Position numbers and translations under genes: made by a program. DNA of 64,000 nucleotides from Campylobacterota bacterium (GTDB lineage: Bacteria; Campylobacterota; Campylobacteria; Campylobacterales; Nitratiruptoraceae). This document shows positions 8,774 through 17,740 of the stretch, piece by piece (within the stretch, counting starts at the first letter, position 1; each line of letters opens with the position of its first letter). The stretch is taken from contig WGAT01000102.1 in NCBI GenBank assembly GCA_015494715.1, positions 1,431 through 65,430 of the forward strand, read 5' to 3'. Under the pieces are notes generated by a model. That model saw only the letters and a program-made list of their open reading frames with translations. It had not been told where the DNA came from and searched no databases.

Positions 8774-10476
8774 TATTTAAACTCCTCTTCGCTTCTGGTC
8801 TGCTCATCGGTAAAATCCATCGCTTTGGCATTGTCCATTAAAACGGGGATAAAAAAGAGCGAAACGACAACCGCCGCTACGGTACCGCCGATGAGTGCTA
8901 CACCAAGCCCACCAAAGATAGGATCGCTCGCTAGCAAGGCAGAGCCCAAGATAATAGCGATGGCTGTGAGCATAATGGGTCTGGCCCTAGTAGCCGTGGC
9001 TATCGCAATAGAGCGTTTTTTGGGGATATGTTTTTCTACCATCAACGCTTTGGCAAAATCGATAAGCAAGATGGAGTTACGAGAACTGATCCCCATCAAA
9101 GCGATAAAACCAATCAGTGAAGTAGCGGTAAGGAAAAAGGTGTCTCGCGTCACCAAATCCGCTACCCAATGCCCAAAAATCACACCGATGATGGAGAGAA
9201 AACTTCCGGCCATCACGATATTTGAAAGCGTATAGCTTTTATAATAGACCACGATGAGCAGATAGATCAAAACGAGCGCAGCTATGAAGGCAAGGCCTAG
9301 ATCACGGAAAGTATCGAGGGTCACTTTCATCTCTCCGCCCCATTTGAGATCAAAAACTTTTCCCGTTTTCTTATCAGTCAATCGAAGATTAAACAGATAG
9401 TCCGTCGGCTCGATCTTGTACTCTTTACCAAGCTGCTCGATTATTTTGGCTCTTGCATCCAACAGCGGATAGACTTGAGAGACCAAATCGGTCTCGGCCG
9501 TTACGTTAGTATAGCGTCTGAGATTTTTGTGCATGATAGTTGGCTCGTTGGTGGTGGGTACGATATCGACCACCTCAAGCAAAGGCACCATCATCCCTTT
9601 TTGGTTCATCAGCTCAAAAGACTGGAGTTTGGCTTGTATGGCTTTGAGAGATTTGTCCTCCACTCTTCTGGTTTCATCGCTTAGGCGCAAAAACAGAGGG
9701 ATCTGCGCGGGATAGTCCTCGCTGTTTTTGACGCCCGCATCCATCCCTTCAAAAGCGAGATACAAAATCTTTTGCACCTGCTCCACGGCCAATCCGCTCT
9801 TTTGGATCTTATCAATATTTGGCTTGAGATGGTATTTTCTAAAGATCTCATCCTCCATAATATCCACATCCACAAGCCCTTTGGTATGCCTAAAAATATC
9901 GGCTACCTTTTTGGCCAACTCTCGGCGAGCCTGATTGTCCTTTCCATAGATTTCAGCCACTACCGCCGCAAGAGTCGGAGGACCTGCTGGCTGCTCCACT
10001 AGTTTGATACTCGTGCCTTTCTTCAAAGGCTCGCATCTGCTTTGGATGACGGGGCGCAGACGATGGACCATATTGTAGCTTCGCTCTTCTCGCTCATGTT
10101 TATCGGTAAGGTTGACCACCATTTCGGCAACATTTTCGCTGTTTTTATAAGCGCTCCCTTTGACCAGTCCCGCATAATCTAGCGGAGTACCCATACCAAG
10201 ATAGCTCTCGATATCGGTGACCTCTTTCTCTTTTTTCAAAATATCGAGCACACACTCATTCACTCTTTTGGTCTCTTCAATAGAGCTACCGCTGGGCAGA
10301 TCGATATAGACGCTAAAGGTATTGGCACTTTTACCCGGCAGCATCTTGACCAAGACTACTTTGGTAGGAATAAGCAGTATCGAAGCGGCCAAAGAGGCTA
10401 AAATAATAGTGATGACCAATATCTTTTTTGGTCTGCTGTCTAAAATATTATAGATAAATTTCTCAAACTTTTTCAC
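8773..10476 (-). CDS. RND efflux permease, C-terminal half (TM7-TM12 equivalent)
   Basis: 567 aa. It starts with the helix 'ILVITIILASLAASILLIP', followed by a large hydrophilic domain and a C-terminal cluster of hydrophobic helices (AcrB/CzcA-like). The GTG start overlaps the upstream stop (GTGA). Confidence 0.8.
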   Translation of the reverse strand: MKKFEKFIYNILDSRPKKILVITIILASLAASILLIPTKVVLVKMLPGKSANTFSVYIDLPSGSSIEETKRVNECVLDILKKEKEVTDIESYLGMGTPLDYAGLVKGSAYKNSENVAEMVVNLTDKHEREERSYNMVHRLRPVIQSRCEPLKKGTSIKLVEQPAGPPTLAAVVAEIYGKDNQARRELAKKVADIFRHTKGLVDVDIMEDEIFRKYHLKPNIDKIQKSGLAVEQVQKILYLAFEGMDAGVKNSEDYPAQIPLFLRLSDETRRVEDKSLKAIQAKLQSFELMNQKGMMVPLLEVVDIVPTTNEPTIMHKNLRRYTNVTAETDLVSQVYPLLDARAKIIEQLGKEYKIEPTDYLFNLRLTDKKTGKVFDLKWGGEMKVTLDTFRDLGLAFIAALVLIYLLIVVYYKSYTLSNIVMAGSFLSIIGVIFGHWVADLVTRDTFFLTATSLIGFIALMGISSRNSILLIDFAKALMVEKHIPKKRSIAIATATRARPIMLTAIAIILGSALLASDPIFGGLGVALIGGTVAAVVVSLFFIPVLMDNAKAMDFTDEQTRSEEEFK

Positions 10477-12104
10477 TGTTTGCCTCCATCAATATCACAT
10501 TTAGGCAGTTTCTCCTCTTTTTGGAAATGGTGATGGTGGTGATGCATATGCGGTTTTTTGAGCAGTTTTTTAGAAAGATATGGCGTAAAGATATACGCTA
10601 CGAGCAGTGATGCCAAAAGGGCTACAGGAACGTTGTAAGGGATCGGCTTCATGAACTCTCCCATCATTCCCCCTACAAAAGCCATCGGCACCATCGTAAG
10701 AATGATGGCTATGGTAGCTACATTGGTCGGTGCCCCAATCTCATCGGTAGCCTCTACCAAAATCGTATCCATATCCTTATAGACCGCATCGTGCTCATGT
10801 AGATGTCTGTGGATATTCTCGATAACGATAATCGCCGCATCCACCAAAAGCCCTAAAGAGAGCAAAAAAGCAAAAAGCGTAATCCTGTTGATGGATTGGC
10901 CTGTGATATAGGCCACAAAAAGCGTCAGCGACAAGATAGCCGGAACGGTAAAGGTCACGATGAGCGCCTCTTTGAAACCGAGGAAAAAGACCAGCATCAC
11001 CGCAATAATGGCAATGGTAATCAGCAAGTGGTCGACTAGCTCGTTGACCGCATCGTTCGCCCTTTTGCCGTAGTTTCTCGTAAGCACATACCCAATCCCC
11101 TCTTTTTGCAACTTGGGCTTAAGCTCTTTCATCAAAGCCAGCACATCGTTGGCTACAAAAACGGCGTTGGTGCCTTTGAGTTTGCTCACTTCTAAAGTAT
11201 ATTGGGGTTTGGTATGCAAATCTTTAGTCCAGATCAGCGCCTCTTTGAAATTTTGGATATCGGTGCCGTCTTCGACTTTGGCGATGTCTTTGATGTATAC
11301 GGGCGAGCCCATATAATTGGCAACCATAATATTTTTTACATCCTCTACGCTTTCAATAGCGTTTGGTACGCCAAAGATAACGATTTTTTTGTCTTTTGTA
11401 CGATCTTTAACCTCTGGGACCTCCTTGGCCACCGAGCCGATCGCTTGCATAATCTGACCCATAGAGAGATGGTAGCCTGTAAGCTTACCAAGGTCGACTA
11501 GGATATTAAATTGCCTTTTATGGGCCCCTTTGAGAGCCGTTTTGGAAACGTTTTTGACTCTGTTGACCTCATATTTTATTTGGCGTATGAGTTTGTAAAA
11601 CTCTCCATCACTGAGCTTGGGATCTTTTTTGTAAAAAGCAAATGTAAGGATAGGGATATCGATATCGATATCAAAGGGCTTGACCAGCGGCTGCATCGCG
11701 TTTTTTGGGAGCATATCCATATTTTGCATCACTTTGTCATAGAGCTTGAGGTTAGATATCTCCCTGTTTTGTCCGATATAGTACTGCACATTGACGATAC
11801 CCACATTATGTTTGGCAATACCATAAATATATTCAACCCCTTTGATCTCCCTAATCTTCTCTTCTAAGGGTTTGACAATCACATTTTCTATCTCTTTGGG
11901 GGTGGCTCCGGGCATCGGTACGATCACGGCCCCACCGCTAATGGCGATTTGGGGATCTTCCTCCCTTGGCATAATCTCTAGCGAAAGATATCCAATGGCT
12001 AGCAAAAAAACGGCAAGAAGTGGCGTAAGAGGATTATGTAAAAAGATAAGGGCCAGCTTTCCGGCAATATCTTTTGGCTTGTATGTACATTTTATTTCAC
12101 TCAT
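10473..12104 (-). CDS. RND efflux permease, N-terminal half (TM1-TM6 equivalent) with a His-rich tail
   Basis: 543 aa. N-terminus 'LIFLHNPLTPLLAVFLLAIGYLSLEIMPREEDPQI' is AcrB-family-like. TM4-like 'GLLVDAAIIVIENIHRH'. The tail is 'KKPHMHHHHHHFQKEEKLPKCDIDGGKQ'. Confidence 0.8.
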   Translation of the reverse strand: MSEIKCTYKPKDIAGKLALIFLHNPLTPLLAVFLLAIGYLSLEIMPREEDPQIAISGGAVIVPMPGATPKEIENVIVKPLEEKIREIKGVEYIYGIAKHNVGIVNVQYYIGQNREISNLKLYDKVMQNMDMLPKNAMQPLVKPFDIDIDIPILTFAFYKKDPKLSDGEFYKLIRQIKYEVNRVKNVSKTALKGAHKRQFNILVDLGKLTGYHLSMGQIMQAIGSVAKEVPEVKDRTKDKKIVIFGVPNAIESVEDVKNIMVANYMGSPVYIKDIAKVEDGTDIQNFKEALIWTKDLHTKPQYTLEVSKLKGTNAVFVANDVLALMKELKPKLQKEGIGYVLTRNYGKRANDAVNELVDHLLITIAIIAVMLVFFLGFKEALIVTFTVPAILSLTLFVAYITGQSINRITLFAFLLSLGLLVDAAIIVIENIHRHLHEHDAVYKDMDTILVEATDEIGAPTNVATIAIILTMVPMAFVGGMMGEFMKPIPYNVPVALLASLLVAYIFTPYLSKKLLKKPHMHHHHHHFQKEEKLPKCDIDGGKQ

Positions 12105-12112
12105 ACCCTCTC

Positions 12113-12904
12113 CTATTCAAATGTAAGCTTGGCATACATTCCGGGAATAATCGTTACGCCTTTATCTTTTCTAAAAGAGACTTTCACTTTAAATTTATGA
12201 GTCATAGGATTGGCGGCAGGGATAATGGAAGTCAGCGTACCCATAGCTTCATAACCCAAAGAGGGGATATAGATCGCCACTTTTTGTCCGATTTTGATGT
12301 TTTTCAGATTGCTTTCACTAATTTGCGCTACTACTTTGAGATTATCCAAAGTCGTTAACACCATACCCGGATACCCCGGAATTGTCAGTTGTCCTTCTTT
12401 GACATTTTTTTGGATGATGACACCATCATTGGGCGCTTTGATCTTAAGATACTCATATTGATGCAGCACTTCGGCTAATTTCGCTTTGGCCTGTTCGAGT
12501 TGCTTTTTAGCTATTTGGACCATATTTTTAGTGTTTTTGTACATCAGCTCAATCTTTTCTAGATCAAACTTTGAGACCATCCCTTTTTGATAGAGTCTTT
12601 TATTTCGCTCATAGTTTCGCTTGGCAAATTGATACATATTCTCATTCATAGCGATGGCTAGTCTGGCTTGAGAAATCATAAGCTCCACTTGGGATTTGGC
12701 CAGATCGATCTCTTTAGAATCGATCACATACAAAATCTGTCCCTTTTTGACCCAGTCCCCCTCACTTACATAAACCTTTTTGACAAATCCCATGTAACGG
12801 GTACCTAGCATTTTCGTATCGTCACTAACGACCGTACCCGATAGACTCAAACCTTTAGCTAAAAGTGCTCCGCAAAAGACGAGCAACAGCAATATCTTTT
12901 TCAT
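12113..12904 (-). CDS. Efflux periplasmic adaptor (membrane fusion protein, HlyD/AcrA family), short form
   Basis: 263 aa. Signal-like N-terminus, lipoyl-type 'VSEGDWVKKGQILYVID', a coiled-coil hairpin, and 'IKAPNDGVIIQKNVKEGQ'. Confidence 0.8.
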   Translation of the reverse strand: MKKILLLLVFCGALLAKGLSLSGTVVSDDTKMLGTRYMGFVKKVYVSEGDWVKKGQILYVIDSKEIDLAKSQVELMISQARLAIAMNENMYQFAKRNYERNKRLYQKGMVSKFDLEKIELMYKNTKNMVQIAKKQLEQAKAKLAEVLHQYEYLKIKAPNDGVIIQKNVKEGQLTIPGYPGMVLTTLDNLKVVAQISESNLKNIKIGQKVAIYIPSLGYEAMGTLTSIIPAANPMTHKFKVKVSFRKDKGVTIIPGMYAKLTFE

Positions 12905-14316
12905 CTATTCTCCTTATCCAATAATCTCTCAAGTTCAAAGACCTTTTCGTTTCGTTCGGTCTTGCTCTTTAACAGACGCAACAATACCTGAATCTCTTCA
13001 GATTGTTTGATGAGGACGTTGCTAATACGCTCTATCCCCTCTTTATATTTCTCCTCATACATTTGATAGATTTTTTTGGCCAGTTCGTACTGCTTAGACT
13101 GCGCTTGGATATCGAAGTCTTTGCTTTTTACAGAGGTTTTGATTTGGTTGATTTTTAAGGCCAATCCTCTTTTTGCCAAATCGTACTGCTCATCCATTTT
13201 CATCTTTTGGATTTTTGCCTTTTGAACCTCTGCATTCGTTTTACCGCCCGCAAAAAGATTCCATTTAAGCTGAGCCCCTATAGTATAGGCGTCCTTATCC
13301 AAAAATTTATGCACCAGTTCGTCATCTGCACTTCCATACTCTCCAAAAGCGCCTACCATCGGATACAAACCGCTCTTTTTCAGATGGACGTTGTACGAAG
13401 TGATCTTTTGACCAAGACGCACTTTTTGTATATCGATGGTACGCTCTACCAATTTTTGGGTCGGTTCATCGGGTAGCGGAGCAATCTCACCCACATGATG
13501 GATACTCTCTACCTCTTCGTCAATCAAAAAACTCAAATATTGATAGGCAAGGGCTCGATTGAGTTTGGCCTGATTCAAATAGCTCGCCACTTCCGCCTTT
13601 TTCGCCTCCACCTCTAGCACATCGGTATCTTTGGCGTATCCTTCGGCTTTAAAGTTTTTGATGATATTTTCCAAACGATCCATATTCTTTTTGATGATTC
13701 GAAGATTTTTGATGTAGTTTTCAACCAACGTAATATCGTAAAAAGTCTTTTTTGTCTGATAGACCATCTCGTTTTTCATTTTCTTAAGATCTAGATGCTT
13801 CATCTTCTTCATGGCATCCATAATCTTTTTGTACATCGTAAGCTTATTACCGGTATACAAAGGAAGCTGATACTGAATTTTGGTTTGGAAATGATTCCTT
13901 GCCTTGGGAAAATTGAGCTTTTTAGGCTCTATGTTGAGGATTGAGCCCATCTGCTGGGTAAAACCTTGGGGTAGTCCGCCCGGATGGGCATTCATAGCCT
14001 CTAGCACCTGTCCCATAGGGGCTAGAAATTGATCAAATCCAAAATCGACGAATTTCGCCTCCCGAGATTGGAGCTTGAAACCAAAAACATTGCCCGCATC
14101 ATTGCTCCTTAGGGCATTGAAAATAAGGTTTAACGAGCCGTAATTATAGCTTTGGGCGATCTTTTCGTCAAAAGCTGCCATACGCTCTTCGAGCTTGGCT
14201 ATCTTTATTTGGGTATTGTTTTTGGCCAGCAGCTCCAAGGCCTCCTTTAGGGTCAAATCTTGAAGTTTCGCAAACGCAAAACTACAAAAAATGAGGGTCA
14301 AGAATATCTTCTTCAT
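12901..14316 (-). CDS. TolC-family outer membrane efflux protein
   Basis: 471 aa. Signal peptide 'MKKIFLTLIFCSFAFA' and a two-repeat coiled-coil/beta architecture. It overlaps the adaptor gene by 4 nt. Confidence 0.8.
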   Translation of the reverse strand: MKKIFLTLIFCSFAFAKLQDLTLKEALELLAKNNTQIKIAKLEERMAAFDEKIAQSYNYGSLNLIFNALRSNDAGNVFGFKLQSREAKFVDFGFDQFLAPMGQVLEAMNAHPGGLPQGFTQQMGSILNIEPKKLNFPKARNHFQTKIQYQLPLYTGNKLTMYKKIMDAMKKMKHLDLKKMKNEMVYQTKKTFYDITLVENYIKNLRIIKKNMDRLENIIKNFKAEGYAKDTDVLEVEAKKAEVASYLNQAKLNRALAYQYLSFLIDEEVESIHHVGEIAPLPDEPTQKLVERTIDIQKVRLGQKITSYNVHLKKSGLYPMVGAFGEYGSADDELVHKFLDKDAYTIGAQLKWNLFAGGKTNAEVQKAKIQKMKMDEQYDLAKRGLALKINQIKTSVKSKDFDIQAQSKQYELAKKIYQMYEEKYKEGIERISNVLIKQSEEIQVLLRLLKSKTERNEKVFELERLLDKENR

Positions 14317-14416
14317 GCAGCCTCCACTCTATTGGGTAAAAATAAAAAATAATTGGTTTGATTATATATTTTTATAACTTAGGGGTCTATTAAGAAGAGT
14401 AAGAGGAAAAAACCTC

Positions 14417-16006
14417 TTACAATATCGCATAGGATACGGAAAGGCAGGCTTTAAGATTGGAGAGCTCTTGGAGGACCTCTTTGGGCACGTCATCGTCGAC
14501 TATAATTACGGCTAGGGCAAGTCCATGATCATCTCGTCCCAAACGAAAATCGGCGATATTGATATTATGTTTAGCCAAAATCATACCCACATCCCCGATT
14601 ACTCCGGGCACATCAGTATTTTTAAACAGGATCATTTTACCCTTTGGTTCCACATCCAAAGCGAAGTTATTTATCTCTACGATTCGCTGGACATTCTCTT
14701 CAAAGATCGTCCCACTAATTTCGATTACATCTTTATCGGTAGTAAGCTTCACTCGTACGCGATTTTTATAACCGCTTACTTCAGGAGTAGTTTTGCTAAA
14801 GATATCGATACCACGCTCTTTGGCCACAAACTCCGCATTGACATAGTTTATAGATTCCCCCAAAGACTCTTTGAGCGCCCCTACGGTCGCAAAAGTGACA
14901 AGCGAATCAATATAATCGCCAATCTCACCCTCGGCTATCACTTTTATGGATTTAAAAGCCCCCTTGTTGACCTGAGCCGCCAAAAAGCCCATTTTTTGCG
15001 TAAGTTCTAGATATGGCTTGACAAACGGTGGCATCTGATCTTCACGAATAGGCAAGTTCAAAGCATTGGGATAGCTAATGCCTCGTACAGCCTCAAGCGC
15101 TTGGGTTGCCGCACCCTCGGCGATCTTTTGCTGAGACTCTTGCGTATTTGCTCCAAGATGAGGCGTAACGGTAACGTTATCAAGCTCTAACAATTTATTA
15201 TCCGTAGCAGGCTCTTTTGCAAAAACATCGATACCGGCAAACTTGATCTTGCCACTTTTTAAGCCCTCATACAGAGCGTCTTCGTTATAGAGTCCACCCC
15301 TTGCGCAGTTGATAAGTACAACCCCATCTTTCATCTTCTCAATCTCTGGGCGATCGATCATATTGATCGTCTCTTTATTTTTTGGGGTATGGATCGTGAT
15401 GATGTCACACTGCAAAATATCGTTAAAATCAGTGGTATACTTTACCCCCATGTTGGTGGCTTTTTCAGGAGGAATATAGGGGTCGTAGGTGATTACGTCC
15501 ATCTCAAAAGCCAAAGCCCGTTTCCCAACCCTGCTACCGATATTGCCAAACCCTATGATGCCAAGCTTTTTGTCTTTGAGCTCGTTGCCAATCCAAGCCT
15601 CCCGCTTCCAAATCCGCTCAAGTTTTAGCTGATTGTGTGCATAGGGAAAAGCTCGCATACAAGCAAGCATATGGGCAAATGTGAGCTCTACGGCGGCAAT
15701 GGTATTGGCGGTGGGGACGTTCATCACGATAATCCCTCGTCTGCTACACTCTTCCATATCCACATTATCTACCCCAACGCCCGCTCGTACGATCGCCTTG
15801 AGTTTCTTGGCATGGGAGAGGAGCTCTTTATCTACAGGGGTGGAGCTGCGGGTAATGATCACATCCGCATCCGTGATCACCTCGTATAGCGGCGCACCCT
15901 TGGGCACATCCGCCGCATCCACATACTCGATATCTTGCTCTTTTGCAAGGATCTCTCGGGCTCTTTTATGCAGATGGTCGCAAACGACTATCTTTTTCTT
16001 TTCCAT
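14417..16006 (-). CDS. serA: D-3-phosphoglycerate dehydrogenase (long form with C-terminal ACT domain)
   Basis: 529 aa. NAD fold 'GIIGFGNIGSRVG', 'NCARGG' and 'TPHLGANT'. Confidence 0.92.
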   Translation of the reverse strand: MEKKKIVVCDHLHKRAREILAKEQDIEYVDAADVPKGAPLYEVITDADVIITRSSTPVDKELLSHAKKLKAIVRAGVGVDNVDMEECSRRGIIVMNVPTANTIAAVELTFAHMLACMRAFPYAHNQLKLERIWKREAWIGNELKDKKLGIIGFGNIGSRVGKRALAFEMDVITYDPYIPPEKATNMGVKYTTDFNDILQCDIITIHTPKNKETINMIDRPEIEKMKDGVVLINCARGGLYNEDALYEGLKSGKIKFAGIDVFAKEPATDNKLLELDNVTVTPHLGANTQESQQKIAEGAATQALEAVRGISYPNALNLPIREDQMPPFVKPYLELTQKMGFLAAQVNKGAFKSIKVIAEGEIGDYIDSLVTFATVGALKESLGESINYVNAEFVAKERGIDIFSKTTPEVSGYKNRVRVKLTTDKDVIEISGTIFEENVQRIVEINNFALDVEPKGKMILFKNTDVPGVIGDVGMILAKHNINIADFRLGRDDHGLALAVIIVDDDVPKEVLQELSNLKACLSVSYAIL

Positions 16007-16014
16007 TACACGCC

Positions 16015-17709
16015 TTACTTATCCAGTTTTTCTTTGAGAATTTCGCCAAGCGTCGTACCCTCATCCTCTTTATTAAACTCTTTGAGAGCCTCTCGCTCTT
16101 TGACTCTCTCAAGACGCCGTACGGAAACTCTTAGACGATTATTTTTCGTATCCAAATATGAGATCACGCCCTCAATTTCATCGCCGGGCTGGAGCTCCTC
16201 TTTTTTCAAGGGGGCCAAATCTTCGTTTCTAATCAATGCGTCTACATTTTCGTCCAAAGATACAAAAACACCAAAATCTTTGATGTCTTTTACCTTTCCT
16301 TTGACGATATCTCCAACTTTATGCGTTTTGGCAAATTTTTCCAAAGGGCTCTCGAGTAAAGACTTTCTATCCAGAGAAATTCGCTCCTTATCCTTATCTA
16401 TTCGAGCAATTTTGACCTCTACCTTATCGCCGACATTAAAGAGGTCTTTTGCCTTTTGACCCTTTTCCCAACCAATATCTTGATTGTGCAAAAGCCCCTC
16501 TACATTACCGATGCGCACAAACGCCCCAAAATCTGTCAATGAAGTGATCTCGCCCTCTACCACGTCACCTTCTTTGTATTTGTTCATAAATTCTTCAAAA
16601 GGTTTTGGCAACAGAGTTTTTCTCGATACTCGAAGTTTTCGATTTTCCGTATCGATTTCAATCACTTCCACATCGAGCTGTTGTCCCACTTCCACATACT
16701 CTTTTGGATTTTTGGGCCGCTTATCCCAGCTCATCTCACTCACATGCAAAAGTCCCTCGATATCGTTGCCAAGATCCACAAAAGCTCCATAGGGCTCGAT
16801 ATTGCTAATCGTTACGTTGATGATGTCCCCGGGCTCAAGTTCGCCTTTGATCTCTTCCCAAGGATCTGGCTGCGTAGCTTTGATGGAGAGGGAGAGTCTA
16901 TTTTTTTCGCTATCATAATCGATCGCTTTGACGTTGACCTTTTGTCCCTCTTCAAAATATTTGGCCGGATTGACGGGCCCTTTGTAGCTGATCTCGTTGT
17001 AATGTACGAGTCCTTCTACATTTGGAGCCACTTCGACAAACATTCCGTAATTGGTAATCTTTTTAATGGTTCCTTCTACGACTCGCCCCTCTCTCATCAA
17101 TTCATCTATCACCTCTTTTCGGTGTTGAAAAATATCTTGGAGATATTTTTTTCTCGAAATTACGATCGAATCGCTCCCCTCGTCCATCTTGAGGACTTTA
17201 GCCGTCACTTTTCTGCCAATTTCAGGCTTGTTCTTGAAAAAGCTTTGAGAATTTGGCAAGAAAAATTGCACGCCCTCCTCATTTTCTACGATATAACCGC
17301 CCTTGTTCTTTGCGACGATAACACCCTCGACCTCCAAATTCTCCATATTCTCTTTATTGGATTGGATAAATTCCTTAACCTTTTGTTTGGCCAAAGCTTT
17401 CTTGTGGGAGATGATAGGCCGCTCGTTGCGATGGCCGGAGACTAGTACCTTGAGCGTATCGCCTACTTTATAGATCACATTGCCCTCGGCGTCTTTAATC
17501 TCGTTGATATTCAAGATACCCTCTTGCTTCTCGCCCACATCCACAAGCACCCGCTCATTGTCTTGAATCTCTACGATCACCCCATCGATTATTCTCGACT
17601 CACTTCGCTGATTCTCGTGCTCTTCGAGCATTTTCGCAAAATCCTCGTTACCGTTTTCCACGCCCTTGTGGCTTACGCTCTCTACGTCCTGATTGATCTT
17701 TTCTTCCAT
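16015..17709 (-). CDS. rpsA: 30S ribosomal protein S1
   Basis: 564 aa with repeated S1 motifs ('GMFVEVAPNVEGLVH', 'GAFVDLGNDIEGLLHVSE', 'GAFVRIGNVEGLLH', 'GVFVSLDENVDALI'). Confidence 0.93.
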   Translation of the reverse strand: MEEKINQDVESVSHKGVENGNEDFAKMLEEHENQRSESRIIDGVIVEIQDNERVLVDVGEKQEGILNINEIKDAEGNVIYKVGDTLKVLVSGHRNERPIISHKKALAKQKVKEFIQSNKENMENLEVEGVIVAKNKGGYIVENEEGVQFFLPNSQSFFKNKPEIGRKVTAKVLKMDEGSDSIVISRKKYLQDIFQHRKEVIDELMREGRVVEGTIKKITNYGMFVEVAPNVEGLVHYNEISYKGPVNPAKYFEEGQKVNVKAIDYDSEKNRLSLSIKATQPDPWEEIKGELEPGDIINVTISNIEPYGAFVDLGNDIEGLLHVSEMSWDKRPKNPKEYVEVGQQLDVEVIEIDTENRKLRVSRKTLLPKPFEEFMNKYKEGDVVEGEITSLTDFGAFVRIGNVEGLLHNQDIGWEKGQKAKDLFNVGDKVEVKIARIDKDKERISLDRKSLLESPLEKFAKTHKVGDIVKGKVKDIKDFGVFVSLDENVDALIRNEDLAPLKKEELQPGDEIEGVISYLDTKNNRLRVSVRRLERVKEREALKEFNKEDEGTTLGEILKEKLDK

Positions 17710-17740
17710 GAATCTTTTCCCTTGATAAAAGTTTTGCTAA

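Noticed and set aside
8773-12104. Interpreting the two RND ORFs as a frameshifted pseudogene
   Set aside because: I considered this but did not adopt it. Both frames are uninterrupted for more than 540 codons. The junction is a GTGA stop/start overlap of the same kind used at 44257-44260. The break coincides with the TM6/TM7 domain seam. The His-rich tail looks like an evolved terminus rather than out-of-frame read-through. A sequencing indel still cannot be excluded without re-sequencing or comparison with relatives.
14317-14416. TATAAT-like hexamers upstream of the efflux operon, and an AAGAGG-N6-CCTCTT hairpin after serA
   Set aside because: The region is very AT-rich, so -10-like hexamers are expected by chance. 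The hairpin has only a 6-bp stem, its U-rich stretch is the loop itself, and no U-tail follows. I cannot support either as a feature without TSS or 3'-end data.
15935-17445. ORFs of 174 aa and 254 aa antisense to rpsA
   Set aside because: They lie fully inside the well-supported S1 gene. Their translations are Ser/Leu/Phe-rich low-complexity sequence without start-site signals.
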